The notes under the pieces were generated by a model. It did no database searches and was not told the DNA's origin. It saw only the letters and a program-made list of their open reading frames with translations. A program made the position numbers and the translations under genes. Positions 55,701 to 63,141 of a DNA stretch of 64,000 bases are shown here, piece by piece. Origin of the DNA: a virus; IMG/VR virus record IMGVR_UViG_3300020413_000006, positions 1-64,000 of that record. One strand, 5' to 3'. Position 1 is the first letter of the stretch. Every line of letters starts with the position of its first letter.

Positions 55701-58700
55701 AATAATGGTTTGTAGATGTGTTTATTGTAGTAGTGTAGATGTCATCATACGCAGAAACCGCATTTGTAAGACTGGAGACAGTTACACCCTCAACTGTAGA
55801 CACAGTTCCGCTAACTCCGTCTCCTCCAGTTCCTGTATTGTCAAATAACAGTCTATCGTTTACTTTATATTCTTTACCGCCACCTTCTACAAGATATTGA
55901 TCTATTCCCGCTGATGAGTATTTGTTTGTTGCAGATACAACAAGAGAATCTGCTAAACCACCTCTAATAGTAGGATAGTAACTATAGTATCCAATACCAT
56001 CTTCAAGATACGCTAGATTCTCTCCAGTCTCCATAACAATTAATGTTGTAGTATCTTCCATGGATAAGAAGAAGTCAACTTTGTTATCAAGTTCCTTTCT
56101 CTTCGCTACAATATTATCCACACCTATAAATGGTTCTCTGTAACGTATAGCGTCTTCTGTGAAGTTTTTCTGCAAACCATTTCCGTTCCAGTTTACAGCA
56201 GCTGCTTCTCCGTAGAAATTAGGTCCTACAAAGTATGGAAACGCTGGTTCCCCTGCGGAACCTTTAATTGTAGCAAAATATGCATACACTCCATTTGGAA
56301 ACTCTGGAGTGACGCAGAATCTACCATTATATTCATCTAAATCACCTAAACCTTGTACATATTCATAATCTTCAATATAAGTCCCTAGAGGGTCGTTGAG
56401 ACCGCTTAGAAGGGCACTTCTACCATTCTTTACTCTATAACTACTAACTATCTGTTTATATGAGTTATATGGTGCTGCGTTCTCTGGATCAACGTAACCA
56501 TAAGGTCCGTATATTGGGTGTCCATCAAATGCCCATCCAATAATAGGAGAGTGTGCTGTAGGGTTAAGTTCCGTAAGAGCAGAGCTGATATTATCCTTTG
56601 TAAGGAACCTAAGCTTCTTAGGGTTGTGCATATATCCATATTCCCCGCCATATATCAAATAGTTTTCACCTTGTATTGACGCACCACCCGCAGTATCCGT
56701 AACTTTACGCTCTGTGAATGATGAACTTCCCAATTCTGCTTGTGTTGCAGCTTCATTAAATGATAATTCCGTAAGGTTGGTTTGGAATGTTGCACCAGAA
56801 CCAGGATAAACAATAGTCACTGTAGTAGCACCAGCTGTATATCCCGCACCTTTGTTCGTAACATTAACAGAAGTAACAATATTTGTACCACTATCAACAA
56901 CAGCAAACGCGGTAGCACCAACTCCATCACCTGTAATGATGACATCAGGTGCACCATAATATCCAGTACCACCAAATGTGACGATTATACTTTCTATCTT
57001 TCCATTTAATATTGATGGATACGCAACAGCACCGCTACCAGTAATCAAATCAATAGTTGGTTCAAATGTATATTGACTTCCTGCATCAGTAATTGTGATT
57101 GTATCTACAGGTCCTCTACAGATTGCTGTAGCAGTAGCACCGCTTCCTCCTCCACCAGTCAGTGTGACAGTTGGAATACTTGTATATCCAGAACCACCTT
57201 GCACCACATTAATACCAGTAACTGCACCATCAGTGATTTGTGCTGTAGCAGATGCTTGATTATCTGATGTAGCTCCACCACCAGTAATAGAAACAACTGG
57301 TTGAGTTATGTATCCTGTACCACCGTCAGTAACGTTGACTGCTGTTACGGATCCTGTAACAGTTACAGTCGCTGCAGCGGACTCACCTTCATATGTCCAG
57401 TTAACAGTTCCGAGTGTCACTGTACCAAGTGTATGAGTAGGATGTGTTGTGGTAGAAGTTACACCAGCAGTATCCGCAACGTATCTGTTTCCATTATATT
57501 TTACTCTAGTTGATGATGCATATGTTGCACCTAATTTATGATCTGCTTCAAATTGTACTGTGGGTGGGTTTGTAATGTCGTATCCTTCACCACCAGTGGT
57601 CTTAGTAATTGATAATAGACCACCATACTTCTTAATACCCTCTCCTTTGTATGAAAAGAAAGGAACTCCGTTTACACCAAGACCAACTTGTCCTACAGGA
57701 GTTGCAGTCTTTGTACTTTTGACTGAGGGTGTGATTGGAATGCGTTTTAAGTACCTTTGGTTGCCTGGCACTAAATCAGTGGAAGCAAAAGGTCCTATCT
57801 TATGAGTTGGTATACCTGTACTAGCAACAATGACGTCTGATGCGGATTTGTAAGTATTTTGTACGTCTCCTGTGAATTTATTGACTGCATTGTCGATTGA
57901 ACCATAATCACTCTTTCCAAATGCAAATTCTCTTGCAATATAAAACTCATAACCACTTATGCCATTAGCAGGGGTTGTAGTAAAGTTGAATTCAAAAGTA
58001 AAGTCATCAACAATACCTACAACATCGTGATTATTGTTATAGATGTCCTCAGGTGCATTTAGGATTCTAATTACGTCATCTCTGACCAATCTATGCTTCT
58101 CTTTAGTAGTTACGGTACATTTTACCGAACCATCAGCATTGATGCTTCCTAGGGTCGCTGAGTCGCCTCTGAGAGCACGTCTGACATTATAGATGAAGCT
58201 ATCATATATTGGATCAAGACTATCGAAGCCAGGTGCAGTGGGTGTGGTGACTTTTGAGTCTGGTAAGTAATATCTTCCACCATCATTAAGTGTAACCCCT
58301 CTAGTTCCACCAAATACCTTTAATTGTATCTCTGATCCGTCTATATTAGAATTACCGTAGATTTTAAACGCAGCAAACACTTCTTGTCCTGCATCATGGG
58401 CAACATTGACTGTATTTTCCCTAGCACGACTACATCCTAAGAATTGAGTAACAGTTTTGTCGGTATAAGTGATTATTTCGTCTTCTAATCTAAATCTACC
58501 GTTTTGTTGTGGCCATCCTAGTGTAGAATCAACTGTTACTACATCATCTATTAAATTAGCACCTAAATCCGAAGATAATACAGTTTTATACGGTGTAACA
58601 AATGCACCAGATGAATTATTAGTATCTACGTCAATTTCAAAGATAGATCCTTGAGGAGTAAAGACTTCTACAACTCCTTTTACGTAAATACGTGCTGCTT

Positions 58701-59568
58701 CAACATCAGAGTCTGTTGCATCTGCTTCTTGATACAATACTTGACCTACAAGTGCAATAGGATCTCCAGAAACAGGAACTGCACGAATTACTTCTCTAGA
58801 AGTGAAGTATGCATCGGATGGTTTGAATATTCTGTCTCGTGGATAAGACACTTGAGAATCAACGCCAAAAAGTGACCTCAATACAAATTGGAAAGACCTT
58901 GTAGAACCCTTAGAAGCGTAAAAATCTTTAATTCTCTTAATTATTGTACTTTCTGTAACTCCAGTTGCAAAATTCTTTGGATATGTTGATAAAAACTGCT
59001 CTTTGAACTTCCCTAACATGTAAAGTGGGAAAATATTGTTCAAATTGACAACTGTAGCACCAATTGCGTGACTTGCAGCTACTGTAGACTCAAATTTATA
59101 CTCATTTTCCAATCCAACTGCCTTTACAGCGTTAAATCCGCGTGCACATGTTTGAAATAGTGTAGATCCTTTACTTTGGTAGTAAATTATCTCATCACCA
59201 ATCAATAAAAGTCCTTCACTAGGAAAATCACGTGTAGATTCGACGTCAATTGTTGTAGAAGACGTTGTGACAGCAGAAATTAGCGTTGTTTCAGTTACAA
59301 GTTCTCCATATTGGTCAATATTATAGTAATCACCCCAGTTTTGGATGATGTCAATGCAATATCCTTTTAATTCTTGTGATTTATAGTACTCTTTTACAAA
59401 TTCTATGAATGTGGGGAAGTTTTCCTGTATGAAACTAGGAAACTGTGCTTGTATGTTCGTAGATATCTTCGATCTCGACTCAGGACTAACCTCCGACGGT
59501 ACAGGCGTTGCTGTAACCGTGGTGGTCGGGGTAGTCCACGACCCAACTTTCCAACTACTATTTGTCAT
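46783..59568 (-). CDS. g7: Giant baseplate wedge initiator (gp7-like, 4261 aa) with YHYH domain, CBM5/12-like modules, GSGY repeats and three phycobiliprotein/globin-like domains
   Basis: Between g6 and g8; QFPSFIQENFPTFIEFVKEYYKSQE, IKRIKDFYASKGS, DSNRFQEFSY...HPAGFK; YHYH-type HSPIIGWAFDGHPIYGPYGY...DLDEYNGRFCVTPEFPNGVYAYF. Confidence 0.85.
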   Translation of the reverse strand: MTNSSWKVGSWTTPTTTVTATPVPSEVSPESRSKISTNIQAQFPSFIQENFPTFIEFVKEYYKSQELKGYCIDIIQNWGDYYNIDQYGELVTETTLISAVTTSSTTIDVESTRDFPSEGLLLIGDEIIYYQSKGSTLFQTCARGFNAVKAVGLENEYKFESTVAASHAIGATVVNLNNIFPLYMLGKFKEQFLSTYPKNFATGVTESTIIKRIKDFYASKGSTRSFQFVLRSLFGVDSQVSYPRDRIFKPSDAYFTSREVIRAVPVSGDPIALVGQVLYQEADATDSDVEAARIYVKGVVEVFTPQGSIFEIDVDTNNSSGAFVTPYKTVLSSDLGANLIDDVVTVDSTLGWPQQNGRFRLEDEIITYTDKTVTQFLGCSRARENTVNVAHDAGQEVFAAFKIYGNSNIDGSEIQLKVFGGTRGVTLNDGGRYYLPDSKVTTPTAPGFDSLDPIYDSFIYNVRRALRGDSATLGSINADGSVKCTVTTKEKHRLVRDDVIRILNAPEDIYNNNHDVVGIVDDFTFEFNFTTTPANGISGYEFYIAREFAFGKSDYGSIDNAVNKFTGDVQNTYKSASDVIVASTGIPTHKIGPFASTDLVPGNQRYLKRIPITPSVKSTKTATPVGQVGLGVNGVPFFSYKGEGIKKYGGLLSITKTTGGEGYDITNPPTVQFEADHKLGATYASSTRVKYNGNRYVADTAGVTSTTTHPTHTLGTVTLGTVNWTYEGESAAATVTVTGSVTAVNVTDGGTGYITQPVVSITGGGATSDNQASATAQITDGAVTGINVVQGGSGYTSIPTVTLTGGGGSGATATAICRGPVDTITITDAGSQYTFEPTIDLITGSGAVAYPSILNGKIESIIVTFGGTGYYGAPDVIITGDGVGATAFAVVDSGTNIVTSVNVTNKGAGYTAGATTVTIVYPGSGATFQTNLTELSFNEAATQAELGSSSFTERKVTDTAGGASIQGENYLIYGGEYGYMHNPKKLRFLTKDNISSALTELNPTAHSPIIGWAFDGHPIYGPYGYVDPENAAPYNSYKQIVSSYRVKNGRSALLSGLNDPLGTYIEDYEYVQGLGDLDEYNGRFCVTPEFPNGVYAYFATIKGSAGEPAFPYFVGPNFYGEAAAVNWNGNGLQKNFTEDAIRYREPFIGVDNIVAKRKELDNKVDFFLSMEDTTTLIVMETGENLAYLEDGIGYYSYYPTIRGGLADSLVVSATNKYSSAGIDQYLVEGGGKEYKVNDRLLFDNTGTGGDGVSGTVSTVEGVTVSSLTNAVSAYDDIYTTTINTSTNHYLLVGDQVTVDVTDNANTRTLFSKIISNKYHFKYFDLQSLKLLSAWTMSTAYNKEDLVYVDNRVYKAADTGTSDSSSGNAPTHTSGTVTDGTLTWTYVRTRTDGNLYQGGWNSITGGSGYANGTYVNVPITTSGSGIGGQATIVVSGNAVTAVTITSTGTGYNVGDTISAADINLGNAGGSSFSITLTQTQREAVCHTNLAHQVNIGDTVNISGVSPTSYNKTDYTVIRTETLRRFTIKSNFATPAAANVTTAEVYVQEAKLQLIDGHSYTFDTTDSSNAGKKLAFTFDPANTDIFTYKNVTSEVLDSVTSEQNSITIKITGLPGIFYYFDLQGAITGSYFTTINDPVIGTNTVTEKTDTTFKYITALEPEAGYTVGVSYASNSIYATGGIKTITVGDPGRNYSSLPKFNGTTRSGSGATAVATISGILSSVSITNDGSGYNPSSLPNGVVTLPDFVDLTLQNVFGSFVPNEIVISQETQGNQTARAQVISWNPVNSVLRIKPLQNTRTGAGNKGYIMFSTGTAATNNVYSSDSQGSIQAISGTQAIVATAVSGGGKLSSVTVTNAGSNYRSAPSVVFDDPYYGSVATVSLTSQPAGNGTFTATTTTTGVTQSTVSPVGGSGATFTFTTDGNGRIDTVSVTGGGSTYSLGDVITFDGTKLPGGDSTEDFTITIQTLSHADPATISTIINASIDTVTVTNGGSGFLSAPTISVSGGNGINAVLNATIQNQSVTSIGIEAAGIQYQSAPVINIEQKTGTGASILLKSSDLGKILKISGDNITYNYSHDRTLKPSLNTTYNLQLIRTQVIDYIDVVNGGSNFVSQPEIVLTGGQGSLFALKPIIENEVIQAVTVENPGRGFTSAPTVTAKVSHSFVGLQSSSTLNFPYNAKIPSGTQVTLIETTGQFPEPLATNTVYYAIAATTANGLADNQIRLASSLANANTETFINFTSAPVGDISTGQTAFTLETIDLGDVINAYMKPATFSIGERIYQGASTSSFTAYGFVKNWDASGRVVSVEIIEGEFKIGEPVFGEETAAFGQIHTFTRADAVFDVSPISISASGWERTTGFLDLNEQRVYDSNRFQEFSYDVSSSININDWKNPLKFAAHPAGFKVVGTQVLSQSVKKDYRSRPNLNLSAGNDTDWWQSTTNSIGTTFNGTTFVTPKPSARNTGKLSVINNFALAKPDYTAAVPTEVSVFGRQLLDIQKILSCIVYKIDDISDRSITFDASSSSIVDVSNNRLTLTNHGLLEGQRVTYKAGGDRFQDARDLIIANIDHIVEETIGALNAAYPSLNYSGATCARDTRLVIAAWANDLKYGGNYFTLAATNSYVGGVVSQGNAYIDAGNLLKDNKNLIAAEAVYQMLQDGTVGIPSGFAGVPGGDQNCIDDIVDVVEAIAYNLTYGANSEVWDAANLYVNTVHLDNEETQAIWAFNKAKELAASIIINQDITITGNHGYTQVKNTGVTFDAAICATVDSAMDTLFNIVTTAISSDSLSTVTRTNPANYIAHIAGEETETIFAFNKARDLCNLAVTNSLPAGTYTTIVPTTDLSITTDSGGCTDVKSAITTLSGIITNGIDNPSTLPTSNTGNYPNNRTGTAIGGISNNGTYYVKYVDANNIELATTEGGNAIDLTAVGTGVGHTIRMYIDGVNDTFLLRTNGIAIGTQIGKTAAKSQLLVITNGLVTNPATYTFANNSITFLTPPLDGTEVLAMYYDRQTYSGSFQLDQIGDELKAFDVTNGLTPGSGYSDGTYTNVPLKNNLGSGTGGTADITVTNGSVSNVVLNAAGNGYTSNDVLGISDARVGEQLVKHFIPTNGTYDPATGSMVLTIGSGHGLLAPTTHTASTATYDPNTGLMVVTINSHGFVNGDQVKFADSSITFSCGFGGATGAAAEKAYPRSTDYASDRWLQVFDVTANTFTVQILDTIPSTNVDPHTFVSAVSNGIKKAVSTVRIANESLQFSCGYNGGGTASYPRATDPLGTQGKMRDIPVEAIATTTIEVNALNGTAPTNTDAHTWVGLSTYQFQPTGITYTPVDGKMVLTKTSHGMIKGDRIQFANNSLTFTCGLDNNSTNHTYPRVGDPAEGAWLTIDEVTNDTFTVYVGVSSDTSTHTFVSATSTAVTRAVVSYGVYAYSKGADAASLMRTNQEFIATTAYGRMMANNAGFSSSYQVKCIRDTKILIDAVSDNVEFGGNDATYDAASLYVSTVHLADEEAESIQVFNHARDICREVMRNLTVTTNSYTVGTQIKDNTISNDSGSTSYSTACCIDVASTISTLWNIVTTAVGSGTHQWAGGTASNAVQSGGNYAHTFVSAVANGVTSNVGNLPNPVTNVAYTPSSGNMVITSNGHGLSTSNTLTIADNALSFTCAMDGNTATKTYPRSTDPVSGQTITITNTSTNTITVNVGASPIVNHNVTDASYVPSTGVLVLTIGSGHGLTAGTSIKIAANSLTFTCARDNYATNHTYPRSTDPFYDTAINLTSVDTTTITMNVGTTGDLSGITRTSASQPYFQIGVDTVTFDGTDTTFTAQVGGSTQVLPASDNFLIFLNSTFQVKGTTESYTYTGSTLTFNEPPVPGMDFYGFYLGKLTLLDEIAPFFDSSKKTFVMKSETEPFSLESDNPSVEAQNNLLIFLNGIYQEPGVAYSLTGSIIEFSEAPRAGSTCNMFIFTGSSADVLISNTFNALDIGDRLQIASEGSDRSIAKISSSITIDSYEYTGLKPTTAVFVATVVNGVVTQVNITDPGSNYEVPPILVFTGGGGEGAFAETVIEQGSGKVLDVINLNGGAGYTQGTPTVNPTHPMAIERKQRNRIISNSKNLANSYLTSTLSQSGTTINLKNVWYNSSQKNGFPDEGEVLIPFYDTTVTPNRWNAERILFGAKDVSGNTLTVATGGRGYLGTTAAEHAVITGTYSSSGTACTVTTSSNHFFSTGQTIYLDFTSGTGFDGTYIVTVTGATTFTVEFPFSRTTSGNVSLLPEVRLRSL

Positions 59569-59570
59569 TC

Positions 59571-61427
59571 TTAGTATTGATAGCTAGATTCTGGAAGCAC
59601 TCCTGTTCCAGAAAGATTTGATCCACTACTGATAGTATCTTCTAATACACTAACAGTCGTATTATCTATACCTAGTGTCAGATAGGTTTCTCGTAAAGAA
59701 ATCAAATCGTTCGACTTGGGGCATGCAGATATTTGTAATTGATTATTAGTAACAGATGTAGACTGAATAATCAAGTCATTAATTACAATTTCACCCATGT
59801 CATAGTCTATGGTTCCCCATAGTCCATCCACATACTCAAACTCACCAGTTCCTTTTACATAATACAAGCGTAATGTACCCGCACCATCATCATTTAGATA
59901 ATACGTATTAATGTCATCGCCCACAATCTTGAAACCAGACGAAGAAACTGAAGGTTTCGTTGATGTTTGCTGATTGATTCTGTTTCCATAACATATTTTG
60001 TAGTTAACACGAGCGTTGAGTTCGACTGTTACGTTCTTTCTCATCTTTACACGTGTTATATTAGATGTTATTGATGTCTCTGCATCATCAATTATCTTTT
60101 GTAACTTGGAAAACTTGAACTTTCCACCAAATTTGTTAAATTCTGCACTCGCATTAAGTGTAGTTAACGCTGCAATGATGATATTCTTAACCTCTGATGG
60201 TTCTCTACGTGTAACATTAGGGTTGAAGTAAGCAAAAGTGGTCAAATCAATGTAAAGTATGCTCGGATCAATGATAGTAGGTTGAATTGCAGCTACAGAA
60301 TACTCTCTCAACTTCTTCAAAATGGCATTTTTCTCAGAAAGTGATAATTTATCAGCATTTTTTGGTTTGATTGCCAAAAATACCTTACCATACTCAGGTG
60401 GTTCTGCTTCTTCACCACCATAACATGCTATAGAACTTACGTTTGCGTAAATTTGAGGCACTATCGCTTCATAATCACGTGTAGAAACTGCTCTACCGAA
60501 CGCAGAATAGAATTTAGGAGCAGCAAACTTGATAGATTCTGTACTTTCTGCAGATGCACCTCCATCTGGGAAGCTTGTAACTGAAATTGTGATGCCAGAA
60601 GTGATCGCATTTAGATTATTATCTCTAAACGTACCAATATTATTAAAAACTTTCAGTCCATTTGCACCTGTTCCTGTTGAAGTTGCGTATTTTACGTCAA
60701 CAACATCACCATTAGCAAGGTTTTTACCAATAATACCGTCACCAAATAGAACTTCGGGTATCTCATACTCACTTTCCTCCAAGAAGAATACCTTAGAGTT
60801 AGCATCTATCTTTGTAATATCAGTCGCTTGTAAATATTTCTCTGTAATTGTACCAGAAGTCACCTCTACTATCATGGAGGAGGTGTCTGCATTTTCATTA
60901 GTCAATATAAATCTCTGTCTCTGACTAGTGTTCTTAACAAAAGTGTCTGTAAGGAACAGTCCTTCACTCAAAACTATATTAGAAAACGTTGCGATACCTG
61001 TTAAACTGTCTACAGATACTGTATTATCAGTCGGAAGAGAGAAAACAAAGTTGTTATTATCCAATCCTGTGAAGTTTAGTACCAATCCTGCTGCCATTGT
61101 GACAGTTATAGGGTATGGAAACACTGTTTGAATCGAAATATCGACTGTACATGTTGCACTTCTTGCACTTTTTGGTGTATAACCAAGCATACGAGCAAGT
61201 TTTACAACATTTTCACGTAAAACTGCCGTTTCAAGGAACCCTTCGTTGACAGCAAGGTTCGCATTGACTGCTGTATAGTACGTATTATACGCAAGCGAGT
61301 CTAAAAGTACTGTAAGAGATGATCCTTCAAAGTCATAATCACTAAATTGTGACTGAGATCGTAAATATTCTTTAATTTGTGCCTTGATCTCGTTAAATTC
61401 AAGAGCATTAACTTGGTTGAATGCCAT
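59571..61427 (-). CDS. g6: Baseplate wedge subunit (T4 gp6-like)
   Basis: FSDYDFEGSSLTVLLDSLAYNTYY, RENVVKLARMLGYTPKS, FGDGIIGK, RAVSTRDYEAI, PPEYGKVFLAIKP. Confidence 0.95.
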   Translation of the reverse strand: MAFNQVNALEFNEIKAQIKEYLRSQSQFSDYDFEGSSLTVLLDSLAYNTYYTAVNANLAVNEGFLETAVLRENVVKLARMLGYTPKSARSATCTVDISIQTVFPYPITVTMAAGLVLNFTGLDNNNFVFSLPTDNTVSVDSLTGIATFSNIVLSEGLFLTDTFVKNTSQRQRFILTNENADTSSMIVEVTSGTITEKYLQATDITKIDANSKVFFLEESEYEIPEVLFGDGIIGKNLANGDVVDVKYATSTGTGANGLKVFNNIGTFRDNNLNAITSGITISVTSFPDGGASAESTESIKFAAPKFYSAFGRAVSTRDYEAIVPQIYANVSSIACYGGEEAEPPEYGKVFLAIKPKNADKLSLSEKNAILKKLREYSVAAIQPTIIDPSILYIDLTTFAYFNPNVTRREPSEVKNIIIAALTTLNASAEFNKFGGKFKFSKLQKIIDDAETSITSNITRVKMRKNVTVELNARVNYKICYGNRINQQTSTKPSVSSSGFKIVGDDINTYYLNDDGAGTLRLYYVKGTGEFEYVDGLWGTIDYDMGEIVINDLIIQSTSVTNNQLQISACPKSNDLISLRETYLTLGIDNTTVSVLEDTISSGSNLSGTGVLPESSYQY

Positions 61428-61816
61428 TATGGTTTAAATGCAATACTAACATCATCAATTTTAGGAGCAAGTCCTAAGATAAGATATGATACACTAACGT
61501 TTAGTTCATTGCGATTCTCTTCCCAGTCTGCTATAACTTCGTAGACTGCAACCCTTGGTTCATGTATTTGTATAGCTTCAGTGATTCTTTCTTCAATCTC
61601 TGTTGCTAGACCGTTTGTGTAATTCTCAAATAAGAGTCCAATGATATTACCACCAAAGGTAGGATCAAAAGGTTTCTCATAAAAGTTGTATAATACTATA
61701 TTCTTGACTGCTGCTTTGATGGCTGCTTCATTCTTGAGTGACAAAACATCGTTTGTAACTGCATTCTTTTCAAATGTTAAAGAGAAGTCTCTAAATGACT
61801 TCGATACCAATGCCAC
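61427..61816 (-). CDS. g25: Baseplate wedge subunit (gp25/GPW family)
   Basis: FRDFSLTF...NEAAIKAAVKNIVL...EKPFDPTFG...LLFE...IHEPRV; GTG start. Confidence 0.92.
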   Translation of the reverse strand: MALVSKSFRDFSLTFEKNAVTNDVLSLKNEAAIKAAVKNIVLYNFYEKPFDPTFGGNIIGLLFENYTNGLATEIEERITEAIQIHEPRVAVYEVIADWEENRNELNVSVSYLILGLAPKIDDVSIAFKP

Positions 61817-61843
61817 TTTTGTGTCAATATAGTGCTATCAATA

Positions 61844-61851
61844 TATTTATA
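61844..61851 (-). promoter_or_regulatory. Consensus T4 late promoter (TATAAATA) upstream of g25
   Basis: Exact match ~28 nt upstream of the g25 start. Confidence 0.75.
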
Positions 61852-61996
61852 CTCGTTTTTTTGGTTTTCTATCAGAACGTGGGTCTGTGATTAGATATCT
61901 GCAATATTCATTCCCATTATCGTAGAAATCATCTGACATATCTACGGGAATATTTGCATTTCTACAACCATCTACGATTCTATTTGCCTTGGCCAC
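61847..61996 (-). CDS. Small hypothetical protein (~49 aa)
   Basis: C-terminal part of the 79-aa track ORF; GTG at 61996 avoids most of the overlap with the basic ORF upstream: (M)AKANRIVDG...PVDMSDDFYDNGNEYCRYLITDPRSD. Start uncertain. Confidence 0.5.
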   Translation of the reverse strand: MAKANRIVDGCRNANIPVDMSDDFYDNGNEYCRYLITDPRSDRKPKKRV

Positions 61997-62117
61997 GATA
62001 CCTCTTCTTTGCTTTGTTTCTTGATGTAGCACTATACTTCGTGTGTTGTCCACGACCTTGTGCTGATTTCTTTGGTTTCGATTCAATACTGTTTCCAGTG
62101 TTCCATGTCATTGCCAT
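61980..62117 (-). CDS. 45-aa highly basic small protein
   Basis: Not in ORF track (<60 aa). MAMTWNTGNSIESKPKKSAQGRGQHTKYSATSRNKAKKRYRGQGK; starts 2 nt after the PAAR stop; I recall KKRYRGQG-ending peptides as common in cyanophages. Confidence 0.8.
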   Translation of the reverse strand: MAMTWNTGNSIESKPKKSAQGRGQHTKYSATSRNKAKKRYRGQGK

Positions 62118-62119
62118 AA

Positions 62120-62425
62120 TTAATTGTTGTTTGCGAATACTGTTGGACTTCCCCCAGTCATTGCTCCTGCATCGGCACTATCGCCAATACGAGCAACTTT
62201 AACTCCTGCCACATATACATTGGGGGATCCTGCATTTACTGTAGCAACATGTGGAGCACACGCTGGTACAGGTGGAAAGGGGTGTGATACAGTCGGGTCT
62301 CCTACTCTTGCGATAAGGATGCCATCTGCATAGACAGTTGACTGAGAAGGGGTAGAGAGCGTGGTCGATCCTGCACAAGCGTGACCTGTGGAAAGACTAT
62401 CTCCCTTTCTTGATACTGCTGCCAT
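62120..62425 (-). CDS. PAAR-repeat spike-tip protein (T4 gp5.4-like)
   Basis: VSRKGD...GHAC, IARVGD...H, PH, GSPNVYV.GVKVARIGD, GSPTVFAN. Confidence 0.92.
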   Translation of the reverse strand: MAAVSRKGDSLSTGHACAGSTTLSTPSQSTVYADGILIARVGDPTVSHPFPPVPACAPHVATVNAGSPNVYVAGVKVARIGDSADAGAMTGGSPTVFANNN

Positions 62426-62507
62426 AATGGTTGCGATGTGTGCGAAAGGTCTGCTAACTTGCGTGCTAACGCAGACATATAAGTAACAGGTTTATGTTCC
62501 ATTCTCC

Positions 62508-62515
62508 TATTTATC
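62508..62515 (-). promoter_or_regulatory. Late promoter variant (GATAAATA) upstream of the PAAR gene
   Basis: NATAAATA overlapping the stop of the 60-aa ORF. Confidence 0.5.
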
Positions 62516-62693
62516 CTTTGAGACCAACGCGGGGTTTACGGGGTTTTTTCCTACGTCGTTTACCAAAGAACTTCTGATAGATCGGTCTGACTAAAAACAA
62601 ATCTAATATCTCAAACAAGAATACAAGCCCTAGAAAGGTTACTACCCCTGCTAGAATCGTATACTCAAATAGTTTACCAATTAGTATCTTCAC
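62511..62693 (-). CDS. 60-aa membrane protein with basic C-tail
   Basis: Hydrophobic YTILAGVVTFLGLVFLFEILDLFLV followed by KRRRKKPRKPR. Confidence 0.65.
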   Translation of the reverse strand: MKILIGKLFEYTILAGVVTFLGLVFLFEILDLFLVRPIYQKFFGKRRRKKPRKPRVGLKG

Positions 62694-62901
62694 TTTCAGT
62701 CAAAGTCCCGACAGTATGTTCTACTATCTCAGTAATGGTCTTATCATGTTCAACTACAACATCGACAAGTCTCTCATAGTCGCCATCCATAGTTCTCTTC
62801 ATCATAAGTTTAGAGTTTGCTACCTTTCTCTCTAATACATCTAACCTCTCCAATATCTCATCATACCTTCTATCTGTATGTGTGAAGTAATCGCCTGACA
62901 T
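62674..62901 (-). CDS. 75-aa hypothetical coiled-coil protein
   Basis: Strong GGAGG Shine-Dalgarno before ATG 62901. Confidence 0.8.
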   Translation of the reverse strand: MSGDYFTHTDRRYDEILERLDVLERKVANSKLMMKRTMDGDYERLVDVVVEHDKTITEIVEHTVGTLTESEDTNW

Positions 62902-62909
62902 GAATCCTC

Positions 62910-63086
62910 CTAATCTTGTTTTATGTCAAAGTGCCATCTGATATGTTTAATGTAATCAAATGTATCTCCTATGTCCTTATCGCAGTCTATGTCGTACTTT
63001 CTATCGCAGAGATACTTACGTAAATCGTAGATACTGTCATATGTACCTACTTCGTCGAAAGAATCGTCATACAGAACGTAACGCAT
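62910..63086 (-). CDS. 58-aa hypothetical protein
   Basis: Not in ORF track. MRYVLYDDSFDEVGTYDSIYDLRKYLCDRKYDIDCDKDIGDTFDYIKHIRWHFDIKQD; lies directly after a sigma70 promoter and fills the gap exactly. Confidence 0.8.
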   Translation of the reverse strand: MRYVLYDDSFDEVGTYDSIYDLRKYLCDRKYDIDCDKDIGDTFDYIKHIRWHFDIKQD

Positions 63087-63112
63087 AAGAGAAAAAGAGA
63101 TGTATATTATTT

Positions 63113-63141
63113 ATTATATATTGAGATCAACACATTGTCAA
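63113..63141 (-). promoter_or_regulatory. Perfect sigma70-type promoter TTGACA-N17-TATAAT, overlapping a late-type AATAAATA (63108-63115)
   Basis: Minus strand reads TTGACA ATGTGTTGATCTCAATA TATAAT AAATAA. Confidence 0.85.

Noticed and set aside
17688-59568. Inteins, introns or homing endonucleases as the cause of the giant gene sizes
   Set aside because: No LAGLIDADG/HNH/GIY-YIG or intein terminal motifs were recognised and frames are uninterrupted; size is explained by structural domain inserts.
62302-62502. 66-aa ORF overlapping the PAAR gene, and small hairpin TGCGT-TAGC-ACGCA at ~62460-62473
   Set aside because: Overlaps PAAR out of frame for 124 nt and its Shine-Dalgarno is only 1 nt from the ATG; hairpin is short and has no U-tract. 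Neither is well supported, though a structured PAAR leader is not excluded.
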